Source of the DNA: Candidatus Woesearchaeota archaeon | GTDB lineage: Archaea > Nanobdellota > Nanobdellia > Woesearchaeales > SKIA01 | Reading direction: 5' to 3' | Assembly: GCA_046704725.1 (NCBI GenBank) | Contig: JBJKRI010000004.1 | Span: 32,001-96,000, forward strand | DNA: 64,000 nt | In this document: in pieces, positions 48,948 to 59,223 of the stretch | Layout: each line of letters starts with the position of its first letter | Position numbering within the stretch: position 1 is the stretch's first letter | Position numbers and translations under genes: made by a program | The notes under the pieces: generated by a model | What the model saw: only the letters and a program-made list of their open reading frames with translations | Database searches by the model: none | What the model was told of the DNA's origin: nothing

Positions 48948-49274
48948 TCACTCCCTGGTGTCGACCTCATCCGCCTCGGCGATGAGCTGCGCAGCCGAAT
49001 CCTTGCCCTCCTGCAGGTCCTCGCTCCCACAATACGAGCACACACGCTTAGCATCGGAGTTCTCCCGGAAACGGGTCTCGAAACCGCACTTCGCGCAGAC
49101 GAGCTTCACGCGCTTGACGGGCGAGGCATCGAAGCCCTTGGCGCGATCGCCCTGGCCGCGCGCCTTACCGCTGTGAGCGAGAAAACACGTCTCGCAATAG
49201 AACTCCGAAGGCGAGACATAACGCACCTCTCCCGAGGAGACCTCTTTTCCGCAGCGCTGGCATCGCACGGCCAT
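48948..49274 (-). CDS. Double zinc-ribbon hypothetical protein
   Basis: CQRC, CETC, CAKC, CSYC; GGTGA SD. Confidence 0.75.
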   Translation of the reverse strand: MAVRCQRCGKEVSSGEVRYVSPSEFYCETCFLAHSGKARGQGDRAKGFDASPVKRVKLVCAKCGFETRFRENSDAKRVCSYCGSEDLQEGKDSAAQLIAEADEVDTRE

Positions 49275-49317
49275 ACACTCTCACCGCAGTAAACGGTATA
49301 AAAAACTTATGGAGCGA

Positions 49318-50550
49318 TCAGTCGAGCCGCTCGCCATCGCGGAGAACGCCATAGCCGATGAGACGGAAGCGCGTGCCCGTCCGGCGGCTGATCGTGACGC
49401 GGTCGCCAACGTCGGCACACACAGGCTTGCGCAAAGAAACCGTGATGCGGTCCTTGCCCAACTCGGTGACCACGCCGACAGTCGCGGCGCTGTGCACATT
49501 GAGCATGAGCAATTCCTTGAGCTTGAGCGGTTCCACAGCAATCGATTCCTCGCTGCCCACGACCCGATCGAGCAATTTGACCTCGAGCTGCATGGAATAC
49601 CAGACGGGCGGCAGCTTGCCCGGAAGGCCGACGACAGAGCCGACAAGAGTGTCGGATTTCACGAGGCCAGGGTCCAAGGAAGTCATCATGGCCGAGGACC
49701 CGCCAGGAGTGAGTTCGGAGACCTGCTTGCCGCCAGCCATAAGCGACAACACACGGGCGCGCAAAGGCTTGGCCACCTGACGGTTCGCCTCCTCGACGAT
49801 ACGACCAGGACGGACCTCCACGTCAATATCCGCGGAGAATGAGCCGGACACGACGGCACCACCGAGCACACCACCCTTGAGTTTGGATGGGACGGTACCA
49901 GGCCGATTGATATCAAAGCTGCGCGCGACGAAGAACTGCGGGGCCGCCTTGCTATCACGCTTGGGAGTCGGGATATGCGTCTGGATCGTGTCGAGCAGCA
50001 AGTCGATATTCACGCCCTTCGCCGCGCTGATCGGCACGATCGGAGCGTCCTTGAAACGCGTCTCGGACAAGAAGGCGCGGATCTGCTCATGGTTCTTCTC
50101 GGCACGCTCCGCCGAGACGAGATCGATCTTGTTCTGCACGACAATCACGTTCTGGATGCCTGCGATATCAAGAGCCATGAGGTGCTCGACGGTCTGCGGC
50201 TGCGGGCAATGCTCGTTCGCTGCGACGAGCAGTATCGCGCCGTCCATGAGCGAGGCGCCGGCGAGCATCGTCGCCATGAGGCTCTCGTGGCCAGGAGCGT
50301 CGATGATGGATATCGACCGGACCGGCTCGGTCTTCTTGGCACCGACCTTCTCCTCGACGGTCCACCGCTCGACACCCTTCTTGCCAGGGATCTCACGGAT
50401 GGTCGCGTCAGCGTAGCCGAGACGGATAGTGATGCCGCGCTTGAGCTCCTCAGAGTGGGTGTCCGTCCACCGGCCCGACAAGCGTTGGGTCAGCGTCGTC
50501 TTCCCATGGTCCACATGGCCCACAAGACCGATATTCACTTCCGGCTGCAT
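49318..50550 (-). CDS. eif2g: Translation initiation factor aIF2 gamma
   Basis: GHVDHGKTT, RGITIRLGYA, DAPGHE, PQPQT.EH, NKID. Confidence 0.97.
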   Translation of the reverse strand: MQPEVNIGLVGHVDHGKTTLTQRLSGRWTDTHSEELKRGITIRLGYADATIREIPGKKGVERWTVEEKVGAKKTEPVRSISIIDAPGHESLMATMLAGASLMDGAILLVAANEHCPQPQTVEHLMALDIAGIQNVIVVQNKIDLVSAERAEKNHEQIRAFLSETRFKDAPIVPISAAKGVNIDLLLDTIQTHIPTPKRDSKAAPQFFVARSFDINRPGTVPSKLKGGVLGGAVVSGSFSADIDVEVRPGRIVEEANRQVAKPLRARVLSLMAGGKQVSELTPGGSSAMMTSLDPGLVKSDTLVGSVVGLPGKLPPVWYSMQLEVKLLDRVVGSEESIAVEPLKLKELLMLNVHSAATVGVVTELGKDRITVSLRKPVCADVGDRVTISRRTGTRFRLIGYGVLRDGERLD

Positions 50551-50580
50551 GGTGCGGCCAACGAGGGCCCTGTTATAAAA

Positions 50581-50985
50581 CTATGCTTGGTCCGCGGGAG
50601 CCGCTTCTCCCTCCTCGGCGGCTGCAGGAGCCTCCACCAAGGGTTTGGGGCCGGCCTTGACGATACGGACATTGAGCTGCGCGGTGCGCTCGCCGACCGT
50701 GTTGCCGCAGACAGTCTTCCGGATACGGATGCCCTTGCGCTTGGGCCTGAAACCAACCCCTCCGGCGAGCAATACCTTCCGGCGGGCGGTGCCATTGACA
50801 TCGGTCCGCATGGGGAAACCCGCATTGTCGGAACCTCCCGTGATACGGAAGACGTATCCAGTGCGGTCGATGAGCTCTCCCTTGAATTCCTCTCCGAGAT
50901 GCTTGCCGTACAACGGCTTTCCCTCGGGCAACGACAACGTGACGCTCTTTCCGGACGCGTCACCAACAGTCAGCTTGATCTCCAT
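50581..50985 (-). CDS. rps6e: 30S ribosomal protein S6e
   Basis: ITGGSDNAGFPMR...G.RIRKTVCGN. Confidence 0.96.
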   Translation of the reverse strand: MEIKLTVGDASGKSVTLSLPEGKPLYGKHLGEEFKGELIDRTGYVFRITGGSDNAGFPMRTDVNGTARRKVLLAGGVGFRPKRKGIRIRKTVCGNTVGERTAQLNVRIVKAGPKPLVEAPAAAEEGEAAPADQA

Positions 50986-51049
50986 AGTAGTCCTCCGAGG
51001 CCTTTTTCATCCTCAGTGATTGACAGGACACCGCTGTCATTCAAAAAGA

Positions 51050-51853
51050 CTATGGTTGGCCGCTCGGCGTGAAGACAGAGTCAGAGACGCCCAAGGAGAT
51101 GCCTGTGAAGGTATAGAGCCGGTCGCTGAACTGCACTTTGAGCGGCAGGCCAGAATAGGTGTCCGCCCACAGCTCGACGGGCTGGCCGTCAATATCACCC
51201 TTCAGATGATAGACCTGCCGCGAATCATAGGTCTCTGTAGTGCCAACGATCGTGGCGTTCGTGAACGAAGAGAGCATGCTCAACGGCGATGCGAGCTGCG
51301 CGGCCGAATACGGCAGCGCGATGGGCGAGAGATTGCCGCAGCCCACACAATATCCGGTGGACGTGTTTGTCTTCATATTCGCGACAAGGCGCGTCATCTG
51401 CCGAGAAGAACCGGCGACATAGGTCTTTCCGGGGAAATCAATCGCGATTTGCGGCGGCTTGACGCTTACGCGCGCGGCGCCATAGACACCGGCAGCCTGG
51501 ATACCGCCGCTATAGAGCTGATAGAGGTAGGAATAACCGTTCGCGGTCTTGTTGTGCGCTCGGAGAAGCAATTGGACAGGAGACCAACCCGCAGGAGCCG
51601 TCGCGGTCTGGTTGCTGCCGAACAACTGCTGGGTCGGATTCGTCTGCGCGGGAGCCGGCGGAGGCGTCGGCGTTGGTTGCGACGGGGTGGTCGTCGTCGT
51701 GTTCTGCACGGGCGCGGGAGCCGGCTGAGCCGGGCACTGCGAAGCGTTCGCGACGACAGAACCGTCCGGACAGACGATAGAATGCTGCACTGGTTGGCAT
51801 GCCGCGAGGGCGAGCATGATCCCGAGGAATCCGACGAGCCACAGGGTGCGCAT
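51050..51853 (-). CDS. Putative lipoprotein with P/T linker and LolA-like-looking beta domain
   Basis: MRTLWL...LALAAC lipobox; CPDGS.V.N.SQC motif; LWADTYSGLPLKV. Confidence 0.7.
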   Translation of the reverse strand: MRTLWLVGFLGIMLALAACQPVQHSIVCPDGSVVANASQCPAQPAPAPVQNTTTTTPSQPTPTPPPAPAQTNPTQQLFGSNQTATAPAGWSPVQLLLRAHNKTANGYSYLYQLYSGGIQAAGVYGAARVSVKPPQIAIDFPGKTYVAGSSRQMTRLVANMKTNTSTGYCVGCGNLSPIALPYSAAQLASPLSMLSSFTNATIVGTTETYDSRQVYHLKGDIDGQPVELWADTYSGLPLKVQFSDRLYTFTGISLGVSDSVFTPSGQP

Positions 51854-51903
51854 GGGGTTAATGGGCAGCAGGTATTTATTAATGCTTCGCGCGTCCGGAG
51901 CGC

Positions 51904-52833
51904 ATGGCATTCGAGAGCGTTCCTGCAGTACCTGATGCGGAGAAGCTGCTCGCTCGCGCGCTACGCCAAGCACGATCCGTGCGGATAGAACGAAAGAAGA
52001 GCGACACCGCGCTGATCTTCGCTCGGAAACGGACGCGAGAACGGCTCACAGCCGTCGCTGACGCGCTCCGCACAGCTCTATCGAACATCCCCAAGCAGTT
52101 CCCGAGCGTGGACGGTCTCAATGAGTTCTACCGGGAGCTCATCGCCACGCGGATCGACCTTGACGCGTACCGGCAACGGCTCGGACGCATACAGAACGCC
52201 GCAACCGTGGTGGGCGGGCTGCGAAAGACCTATAGGGGACGCATCGAGGCGGCTCCGACAGTGGAGGCGATCCGCACCGCCGAAAGAGCCTTCCATGGAC
52301 GATGCGCGTCGGTCGTCAAACGATTGGACAGCGCGTTCTCCTGGCTCTCCGACGTGCGGGAGATGTTCCGCTCGCTGCCAACGGTAAAGGAGCGGTTCAC
52401 GGTCTGCATCGCAGGCTTCCCCAACGTGGGAAAGAGCACGCTCTTGGCGGCGCTCACCGGCGCGAAGGCTGAGGTCAAGGACTACGCGTTCACCACGAAG
52501 GGTCTGAACCTAGGCTATTCGCGCCTCGGGCGGACGAACATCCAATTCGTCGATACACCAGGAACGCTCAACCGAGACCGCATGAACCCGATCGAACTAC
52601 AAGCGCACCTCGCCCTGAAATACCTCGCCGACAGCATCGTCTACGTCTACGACCCGACAGACACGTATCCACTCGCAGAGCAGAAAGCGCTACGCGAAGC
52701 GATGGACGCATACGGGGTGCCGGTCATCGAGTACGTATCGAAAACGGACCTCAAGCCACAGACCAGTCTCAGCAAAGGCCGTGCCACAAGCGTCGAAGCG
52801 TTGAGAGAAGCGATACGCGAGCGAACGGTCTAG
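51904..52833 (+). CDS. NOG1-family GTPase
   Basis: FP.VD.L.EFY.EL N-domain; GFPNVGKS, YAFTTK, DTPG, SKTD. Confidence 0.93.
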   Translation: MAFESVPAVPDAEKLLARALRQARSVRIERKKSDTALIFARKRTRERLTAVADALRTALSNIPKQFPSVDGLNEFYRELIATRIDLDAYRQRLGRIQNAATVVGGLRKTYRGRIEAAPTVEAIRTAERAFHGRCASVVKRLDSAFSWLSDVREMFRSLPTVKERFTVCIAGFPNVGKSTLLAALTGAKAEVKDYAFTTKGLNLGYSRLGRTNIQFVDTPGTLNRDRMNPIELQAHLALKYLADSIVYVYDPTDTYPLAEQKALREAMDAYGVPVIEYVSKTDLKPQTSLSKGRATSVEALREAIRERTV

Positions 52834-53393
52834 AGACGGATATGCGTCTTGCTCGGCGCGTTCGAGCCGGCAGAGACCTGCTCGACGATGATGTAATAGT
52901 CGTTCGGCAACTTGGTGGAGATGACGCGCAAGGCTTCCTTGGCGACCTGGAGGTCCTTCTCCTCGACGCCGATCTCGAAGACCACATCTCCCCGATGGAC
53001 CTGCGTGGCCACACCAATAGGCTTTCCGAAGCTCTTCTTCATGCCGGTCGACAAGCGGTCGGCTCCCGCGCCGGACGCGAGCGCGTTCTCACGGAGCACA
53101 TGGTGCGGAATCCTGTGGCATCGGAAGAAGAAGCCTGTCTTGCCGAGCTTGGCCTCGAGCCGACGGTTGGCCGACATACGGCTCGCCTCGAGCGCGTTAT
53201 GACGGATCTGGAGGTCTGTCTTGGACACGAGCTTCACCGAGAACGGGAACGTGCGGGAGCGATCCCCCATCACGAAACGAACCATCTTGGAGTGCGGATT
53301 CCCTCGCACGTACATGTATCGGCGGTACTTGCTCTTGCGCGTGTACGGGCGCTCCAAGCGGCGATACGCGACGAATTTCCGGTCTCGTGCCAT
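52830..53393 (-). CDS. rpl10e: 50S ribosomal protein L10e/uL16
   Basis: QIRHNALEASR, PHHVLREN...GAGADRLSTGMKKSFGKP. Confidence 0.97.
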   Translation of the reverse strand: MARDRKFVAYRRLERPYTRKSKYRRYMYVRGNPHSKMVRFVMGDRSRTFPFSVKLVSKTDLQIRHNALEASRMSANRRLEAKLGKTGFFFRCHRIPHHVLRENALASGAGADRLSTGMKKSFGKPIGVATQVHRGDVVFEIGVEEKDLQVAKEALRVISTKLPNDYYIIVEQVSAGSNAPSKTHIRL

Positions 53394-53488
53394 GCTTCGC
53401 GGAAGCACGGAACCGTTTATAAAGTTACTGGCGGGGTCCCATACGTTCTTGAACCCCTAGCCATTCCCTGGACAGGATAGGCGAAGCC

Positions 53489-56428
53489 ATGGTCGAACGA
53501 CTCGAAACGCCGTACACCGAGAGCGAGATACTGGCAAGTCTGACCCCGATCGTGCGCGACTGGTTCTTGGAGCGGTTCACCACGTTCTCGCCACCGCAAC
53601 GATACAGCATCCTCAATATCAAGCGGCGCAAGAACACGCTCATCAGCAGTCCGACGGGAAGCGGAAAGACCTTGAGCGCATTTCTCGCAATCCTCGATGA
53701 TCTCATACGGGACTCCTTGGACGGACGTCTCGAGGACAAGGTCTACTGCGTGTACGTCAGCCCCCTCAAGGCGTTGGGAAACGACATCGAGAAGAACCTC
53801 TCGCGGCCGCTGCAAGAATTGCAGGAACGAGCCGGAAGGGATCTTGGGATCCGTGTGGGGATACGGACGGGCGACACGCCAGCGCACGAGCGTTCGCGCA
53901 TGCTCAAGAGACCCCCGCATATCCTCATCACCACGCCGGAATCGCTCGCGATCATGCTCACGAGCCCGAAATTCTCGACGCTCCTGCACGGCATCGACTG
54001 GGCGGTGATCGACGAGGTGCACGCGTTGGCGGAGAACAAGCGCGGCACCCAGCTCGCGCTGGTGCTCGAACGGCTCTCCGCACAGACGTTCTACACGCGT
54101 ATCGGGCTATCAGCGACGGTCGCTCCCCTCGAGGACGTGGCGGAGTACCTCGTCGGGCTTGAGGGCGGCGATCCCCGACCGTGCGACGTCGTGGACGTGA
54201 ACTATGAGAAAGACTTGGACATCGAGGTCCTCAGTCCTGTGGACAATCTCATCGCGACCACGCACGCCCAACTGCTGGACAAGCAATACGCGTTGCTCGA
54301 CCGGCTCGTGCAGGAGCACCGCACCACGATCATCTTCACGAACACGCGCGCCGCGACAGAACGTGTCGTCCACCAACTGAAGAGACGATACCCATCGCAC
54401 TACACCGACACCCTCGCGACCGTGGATGATGCGAGCGACGAGAGCGGGGATATCCGCACGACCATCGCCGCGCATCACGGCAGCCTCAGCAAGGAACACC
54501 GACTGGCCGTGGAGGAGCAGCTGCGTCGCGGACAACTGCGCTGCGTCGTGTCGAGCACGTCCCTCGAGCTGGGGATCGATATCGGCTTCGTGGACCTGGT
54601 CATACTGCTCGGCAGCCCGAAGAGCGTCGCGCGAGCCCTCCAACGCATCGGCCGTTCCGGTCACCGAATCCACGACACGGCGAAAGGGCGCATCGTCGTC
54701 CTCGACAGGGACGACCTCGTGGAGTGCAGCGTGCTGGCGCGCGAAGCGCTCAACAGGCACATCGATCGTATCCACATCCCTGAAGGGGCGCTCGACGTGC
54801 TCAGCCAGGAAATCTACGGCATCGCGATACAGCGACGCATCAGCATCCAGGAGCTGTATTCCCTCGTGACCGGCGCGTACCCGTACCGCCACCTCTCCCG
54901 GACCGACCTGCTGTCGGTGATCCGGTATCTCGCAGGAGAGTTCGCCGCGCTCGAGGAGCGCCATGTGTACGCGAAGATCTGGTACGATGAGAACGAGGGG
55001 ATGATCGGTCGGAAAGGACGCCTCGCGCGCATGCTCTACAGCACGAACGTGGGCACGATCCCCGACCAGACGGATGTCGTTGTCAAGCTCGGCGGCGTGC
55101 CCATCGGCAGTATCAGCGAGCCATTCCTGGAGAGCCTCAAGACCGGAGATGTATTCGTCCTGGGAGGAGAGGCCTATCAGTTCCGATACAGCAGAGGAAT
55201 GACGGCCCAAGTCACTGTGGCCGACGGTCGCCGTCCAACAGTGCCCTCGTGGTTCTCGCAGATGCTCCCCTTGTCGTACGACCTGTCGATAGCGGTGCAG
55301 GAGTTCCGCGGCCACCTCGAGGAGCTTTTTCGTCAGGACGCTGCAGACGACCGGGCCCTCGCATGGATACAGAGCTTCGTCCCCGTGGACGATAACGCGG
55401 CCAAGAGCATCCTGGAGTACGCGCGCCAACAATACTTGTACGCGCGCATCCCCACACGGCACCGGCTGGTCGTCGAGCATTTCTCCGACCACAACACCAA
55501 GTACGCCATATTCCACTCCTTGTACGGCAGGCGCGTCAACGACGTGCTCTCTCGCGCTCTGGGATACGCCTTGGGAAGAATCGGGGCTGGCGATGTGGAG
55601 ATCGGGCTGTCCGACAATGGCTTCTACCTGCGCTACAAGCGAGCCGTCCCGGTCATGCGGGGCTTCCGTCTGCTCCATGCGTCAGAATTGCGGGATGTCA
55701 TGGAGCGGGCGCTCGAGCGCACGGAGGTCTTGCTGCGGCGCTTCCGGCACTGCGCGGGACGGAGCCTGATGATCCTGCGGAGCTACAAGGGGAACCGGAA
55801 GACCGTGGGCAGGCAACAAGTGTCCTCGAGACTGCTCATGGCTGCGGTCCGTCGCCTCAAGGAGGACTTCCCGATCCTGCGCGAGGCGCGTCGGGAGGTC
55901 CTTGAGGATCTCATGGATGTCGAGCACGCACGCGAAGTCCTCGCGATGATCGAGGAGCGCAACGTGCAGGTGGAGGAGATCACCACGGATGTCCCTTCGC
56001 CCTTCGCTTTCTCTCTCGTGCTCCAGGGATACGCGGACGTGATGCGCATGGAGGAGCGTCAGGAGTTCCTCCGTCGCCTGCACAGGGAGGTCCTCGCGAA
56101 GATGAGCCTGAGCAAGACCGCGGCGCAGCTCGCATCCGTGACGCGCCCAGAGGATTTCAGCTATGAGGAGGAATGGGAGCAGCACGAGACTCCGACACCT
56201 GACGAGGAGCGTGACACGCTCAAGCAATCACTCTACGAGGCGGCGCAGCGAGAGGACGTTCCCGCGCAGTACGTGTACGAGCTCCAACGCGTGATCGAAG
56301 GCGACCGAGATGGTTTCCCGGAACATTTCGTGCTCTGGCTGGACGGACTCTTGTCGAAGGACAGCGATTGGCCGGATAGGCTTCTCACATTCTTACGGGC
56401 GGCGGCGCCGGACCTCAATTGGCGTTGA
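53489..56428 (+). CDS. lhr: Lhr-family ATP-dependent helicase
   Basis: SPTGSGKT, RTGDTP, TTPES, DEVH, SAT, AHHGS, SLELGID, QRIGRSGH, GTIPD, P.WFS. Confidence 0.96.
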   Translation: MVERLETPYTESEILASLTPIVRDWFLERFTTFSPPQRYSILNIKRRKNTLISSPTGSGKTLSAFLAILDDLIRDSLDGRLEDKVYCVYVSPLKALGNDIEKNLSRPLQELQERAGRDLGIRVGIRTGDTPAHERSRMLKRPPHILITTPESLAIMLTSPKFSTLLHGIDWAVIDEVHALAENKRGTQLALVLERLSAQTFYTRIGLSATVAPLEDVAEYLVGLEGGDPRPCDVVDVNYEKDLDIEVLSPVDNLIATTHAQLLDKQYALLDRLVQEHRTTIIFTNTRAATERVVHQLKRRYPSHYTDTLATVDDASDESGDIRTTIAAHHGSLSKEHRLAVEEQLRRGQLRCVVSSTSLELGIDIGFVDLVILLGSPKSVARALQRIGRSGHRIHDTAKGRIVVLDRDDLVECSVLAREALNRHIDRIHIPEGALDVLSQEIYGIAIQRRISIQELYSLVTGAYPYRHLSRTDLLSVIRYLAGEFAALEERHVYAKIWYDENEGMIGRKGRLARMLYSTNVGTIPDQTDVVVKLGGVPIGSISEPFLESLKTGDVFVLGGEAYQFRYSRGMTAQVTVADGRRPTVPSWFSQMLPLSYDLSIAVQEFRGHLEELFRQDAADDRALAWIQSFVPVDDNAAKSILEYARQQYLYARIPTRHRLVVEHFSDHNTKYAIFHSLYGRRVNDVLSRALGYALGRIGAGDVEIGLSDNGFYLRYKRAVPVMRGFRLLHASELRDVMERALERTEVLLRRFRHCAGRSLMILRSYKGNRKTVGRQQVSSRLLMAAVRRLKEDFPILREARREVLEDLMDVEHAREVLAMIEERNVQVEEITTDVPSPFAFSLVLQGYADVMRMEERQEFLRRLHREVLAKMSLSKTAAQLASVTRPEDFSYEEEWEQHETPTPDEERDTLKQSLYEAAQREDVPAQYVYELQRVIEGDRDGFPEHFVLWLDGLLSKDSDWPDRLLTFLRAAAPDLNWR

Positions 56429-56573
56429 CGCGCTTGAGGAATCGCGTGTACAAGAACAAAGCGAAGGCGAATATCCAGAACACCCACCAGGATATCCTTC
56501 CGAGTATCGCTCCGGTCACGCAGGCGATGAGCAGGACAGCGAGGACAGCAGCGATGATCGGTTGCGCCTTCAT
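56415..56573 (-). CDS. Small 2-TM membrane protein (52 aa, not in the ORF track)
   Basis: Manual translation MKAQPIIAAVLAVLLIACVTGAILGRISWWVFWIFAFALFLYTRFLKRVNAN; ATGA overlap with the upstream gene. Confidence 0.65.
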   Translation of the reverse strand: MKAQPIIAAVLAVLLIACVTGAILGRISWWVFWIFAFALFLYTRFLKRVNAN

Positions 56574-56821
56574 CCGACGAAGGCCACGTGTGTGAGGTGG
56601 AGGATGAGCACGAGGATGAAACCGACGATGCCTCCGATGGCCGTGATGAGGACCGACCAGACGTTTATCGTGAGCGTCGGGAGCACGAGCTTGGCCGCGA
56701 AAAGCGCGAAAAAGCCGATGACGCTGTTGACGGCGAGGATGAGGATCTTCTTGAGGACGAACGCGATGATGAGAACGATGATGAGCAAGACAACGATGAG
56801 CCCGATCTCAAGGAATGCCAT
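56570..56821 (-). CDS. BofA-like (pro-sigmaK processing inhibitor family) small membrane protein
   Basis: LAVNSVIG...ITAIGGIVG 3-TM pattern. Confidence 0.75.
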   Translation of the reverse strand: MAFLEIGLIVVLLIIVLIIAFVLKKILILAVNSVIGFFALFAAKLVLPTLTINVWSVLITAIGGIVGFILVLILHLTHVAFVG

Positions 56822-56852
56822 ACAGAGGGTAAGGATGAACCTCCTTTAAAGC

Positions 56853-57248
56853 TTATCCGAGGTTCATCAGCCAGATCGCGTTGCGCAGGAGAACGCCGAG
56901 CACCTCTTGCTCGCCCGGCTGCAATCCCTTCGTAAAATCATCGGCACGCAAAACGACGGCGTTCTGCTGCCGGGAGACCCAGATCTTCGTGGATTCCCCT
57001 TGGAAGCTGTGGAAGAAGGAAGCCTCGTCGGTCGCCCCCGAGAGGACGCGCAGGATCTCACCGAGCTCCACATCAGCGAACTTCACATTCTTCCAGACCC
57101 ATGCGCCTTCGCTCTTGCGGCCCCACTTAAGGAAGGCCGCGTCCTTGCGCACCTGCACGGTGATACAGTTGTCCTTGCCGAAGAAGGCCTTATCAAGCAG
57201 CAGCGGCGGTGCGGAGACCGTTGCTTGGGGAGTGGTTGCGGCGTCCAT
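56853..57248 (-). CDS. Hypothetical protein, possible Whirly/PC4-like ssDNA-binding fold
   Basis: W..K.VKF...ELGEIL......ASFFH ... GLQPGEQEVL pattern. Confidence 0.55.
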   Translation of the reverse strand: MDAATTPQATVSAPPLLLDKAFFGKDNCITVQVRKDAAFLKWGRKSEGAWVWKNVKFADVELGEILRVLSGATDEASFFHSFQGESTKIWVSRQQNAVVLRADDFTKGLQPGEQEVLGVLLRNAIWLMNLG

Positions 57249-57321
57249 GCCCGAGATATACAAAGACAGCATATAAAGGACGTCTCCATGCGTGTCCAGT
57301 GGCAAGACAGCTTTAATAAGC

Positions 57322-58797
57322 ATGTCCCACCCCGCGAGAAGCATGGAGGAGAAGATAAAGGCGGACAGGGAGAAGAAGCTCGCGTCCCTCGAGAAACAGA
57401 GCATCAACGCCTACCCGTACTCGTACGACGTCACCATGAGCACGGCCGCCATACGCAAGGAATACGCGGGTGCCAGCCACGTCCCGAGCGAGAAGAAAGT
57501 ACGAGTCGCGGGGCGTATCATGCTCTGGCGCCCGATGGGGAAACTCACTTTCGCGCAGATCCAGGACCGCTCCGGACGCATCCAGGTGCTCAGCAGCGAG
57601 AAGGACACCGCGGACTATGATCTGCTGTCGGATCTCGAGATGGGCGATATCATCGGCGTGGAAGGACCGGTCTTCCGGACGAAGACCGATGAGCTCACCG
57701 TCAAGGCCGAACGCGTGACAGTCCTGTCGAAGGCGATCGCTCCGATGCCGGAGAAGTTCCACGGCGTGCAAGAAACGGAGCTGCGCTACCGAAAGCGATA
57801 CCTGGATCTGCTCTACAACGAGAAGAGCAAGAACGTGTTCATCGCCCGCACGAAGATCGTCTCCGAGATACGCGCGTTCCTGGACGGCCAGGGATTCCTC
57901 GAGGTAGAAACGCCCATCCTCCAACAAGTCTATGGCGGAGCGAACGCCAAGCCGTTCACCACGCACCACAACACCCTGGACATGCAGCTCTACTTGCGCA
58001 TCAGCGACGAACTGTATCTCAAACGGCTCATCATCGGAGGCCTGGAACGCGTCTACGAGATATGCAGGAACTTCCGCAACGAGGGCATCGACACGACGCA
58101 CAACCCAGAGTTCAGCATGGTGGAATGGTACCAAGCGTACGCGGACTACAACACCATGATGGCAGAGACCGAAGAGCTCCTCGGACGCATCGCGAAAAAA
58201 CTCCATGGCAAGCAGCAGATCCGCTTCGGGGAGCACACCATCAATCTCAAGCCGCCGTTCCGTCGACTGACGATGCTCGACGCGCTGAAAGAGTACGCAA
58301 AGATTGACGCCGACAGCATGGACGAGAAAGAGATACTCGCGGAATGCGAGAAACGCCACGTGAAAGTCGCGCAACGGACCTGGGGACACGCGGTGCAGGC
58401 ATTGTTCGACGAGCTCGTGGAGGACAAGCTCGTCCAACCCACATTCATCATCGACTATCCATGGGAGGTGAGCCCGCTCACCAAGAAACACCGAAAGGAT
58501 CCACGGCTCGTGGAACGATTCGAGCTGTTCATCAGCGGCTGGGAGATCGCGAACGCGTACAGCGAACTCACCGACCCGCGCGACCAGCGCAAACGCTTCG
58601 AGCAGCAGGTCGCCGAGCGCGAGCACGGAGACGAGGAAGCGCACCCGATGGACGAGGACTTCATCGAAGCGATGGAGTACGGCATGCCCCCCACAGGCGG
58701 CATCGGCATCGGCATCGACCGGCTCGTCATGCTCATGACCGGCACAGAGAGCATCCGCGACGTCATCTTGTTCCCCACGCTGCGCGAGGAGAAATGA
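57322..58797 (+). CDS. lysS: Lysyl-tRNA synthetase, class II
   Basis: OB fold (VAGRIM..R.MGKL.F), RYRKRYLDL, GGANAKPF.THHN, FRNEG...HNPEF, GMPPTGG.GIGIDRL. Confidence 0.97.
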   Translation: MSHPARSMEEKIKADREKKLASLEKQSINAYPYSYDVTMSTAAIRKEYAGASHVPSEKKVRVAGRIMLWRPMGKLTFAQIQDRSGRIQVLSSEKDTADYDLLSDLEMGDIIGVEGPVFRTKTDELTVKAERVTVLSKAIAPMPEKFHGVQETELRYRKRYLDLLYNEKSKNVFIARTKIVSEIRAFLDGQGFLEVETPILQQVYGGANAKPFTTHHNTLDMQLYLRISDELYLKRLIIGGLERVYEICRNFRNEGIDTTHNPEFSMVEWYQAYADYNTMMAETEELLGRIAKKLHGKQQIRFGEHTINLKPPFRRLTMLDALKEYAKIDADSMDEKEILAECEKRHVKVAQRTWGHAVQALFDELVEDKLVQPTFIIDYPWEVSPLTKKHRKDPRLVERFELFISGWEIANAYSELTDPRDQRKRFEQQVAEREHGDEEAHPMDEDFIEAMEYGMPPTGGIGIGIDRLVMLMTGTESIRDVILFPTLREEK

Positions 58798-59186
58798 AAG
58801 GAACGCTGCACACGGACGGAGCGTGCTTCGGCAATCCCGGACCCATGGGCCTTGGGATCGTGCTGGAATACGACGGGAAGACCGTCGAGAAGAGCGTGCC
58901 GCACGGCGACGGCACGAACAACATCGCCGAATACAGCGCCCTCATCAAAGGGATGCAGCTCGCGAAGGAGAAGGGCGTTTCCGAACTGGAAGCGTACATG
59001 GACTCCGAGCTCGTCGTCCGACAGGTGAACGGCGAGTGGCGCGTCAAGGACGCGACGCTGCAAGAACTGCACGCGACCGTGCAACGATTGCGCAAGGACT
59101 TCGACTCTTTCTCTCTGAATCACGTGCGCCGCGAGAGGAACGCCCGCGCGGACGCATTGAGTAAGGCCGCAGCGATGCGGAACTAA
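58794..59186 (+). CDS. rnhA: Ribonuclease HI
   Basis: TDGACFGNPG, TNNIAEY.AL, DSELVV.Q..G, HVRRERNARAD. Confidence 0.95.
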   Translation: MKGTLHTDGACFGNPGPMGLGIVLEYDGKTVEKSVPHGDGTNNIAEYSALIKGMQLAKEKGVSELEAYMDSELVVRQVNGEWRVKDATLQELHATVQRLRKDFDSFSLNHVRRERNARADALSKAAAMRN

Positions 59187-59223
59187 GCACAACAGATATA
59201 TTGCTGTAGATGAGAATCTGTAA

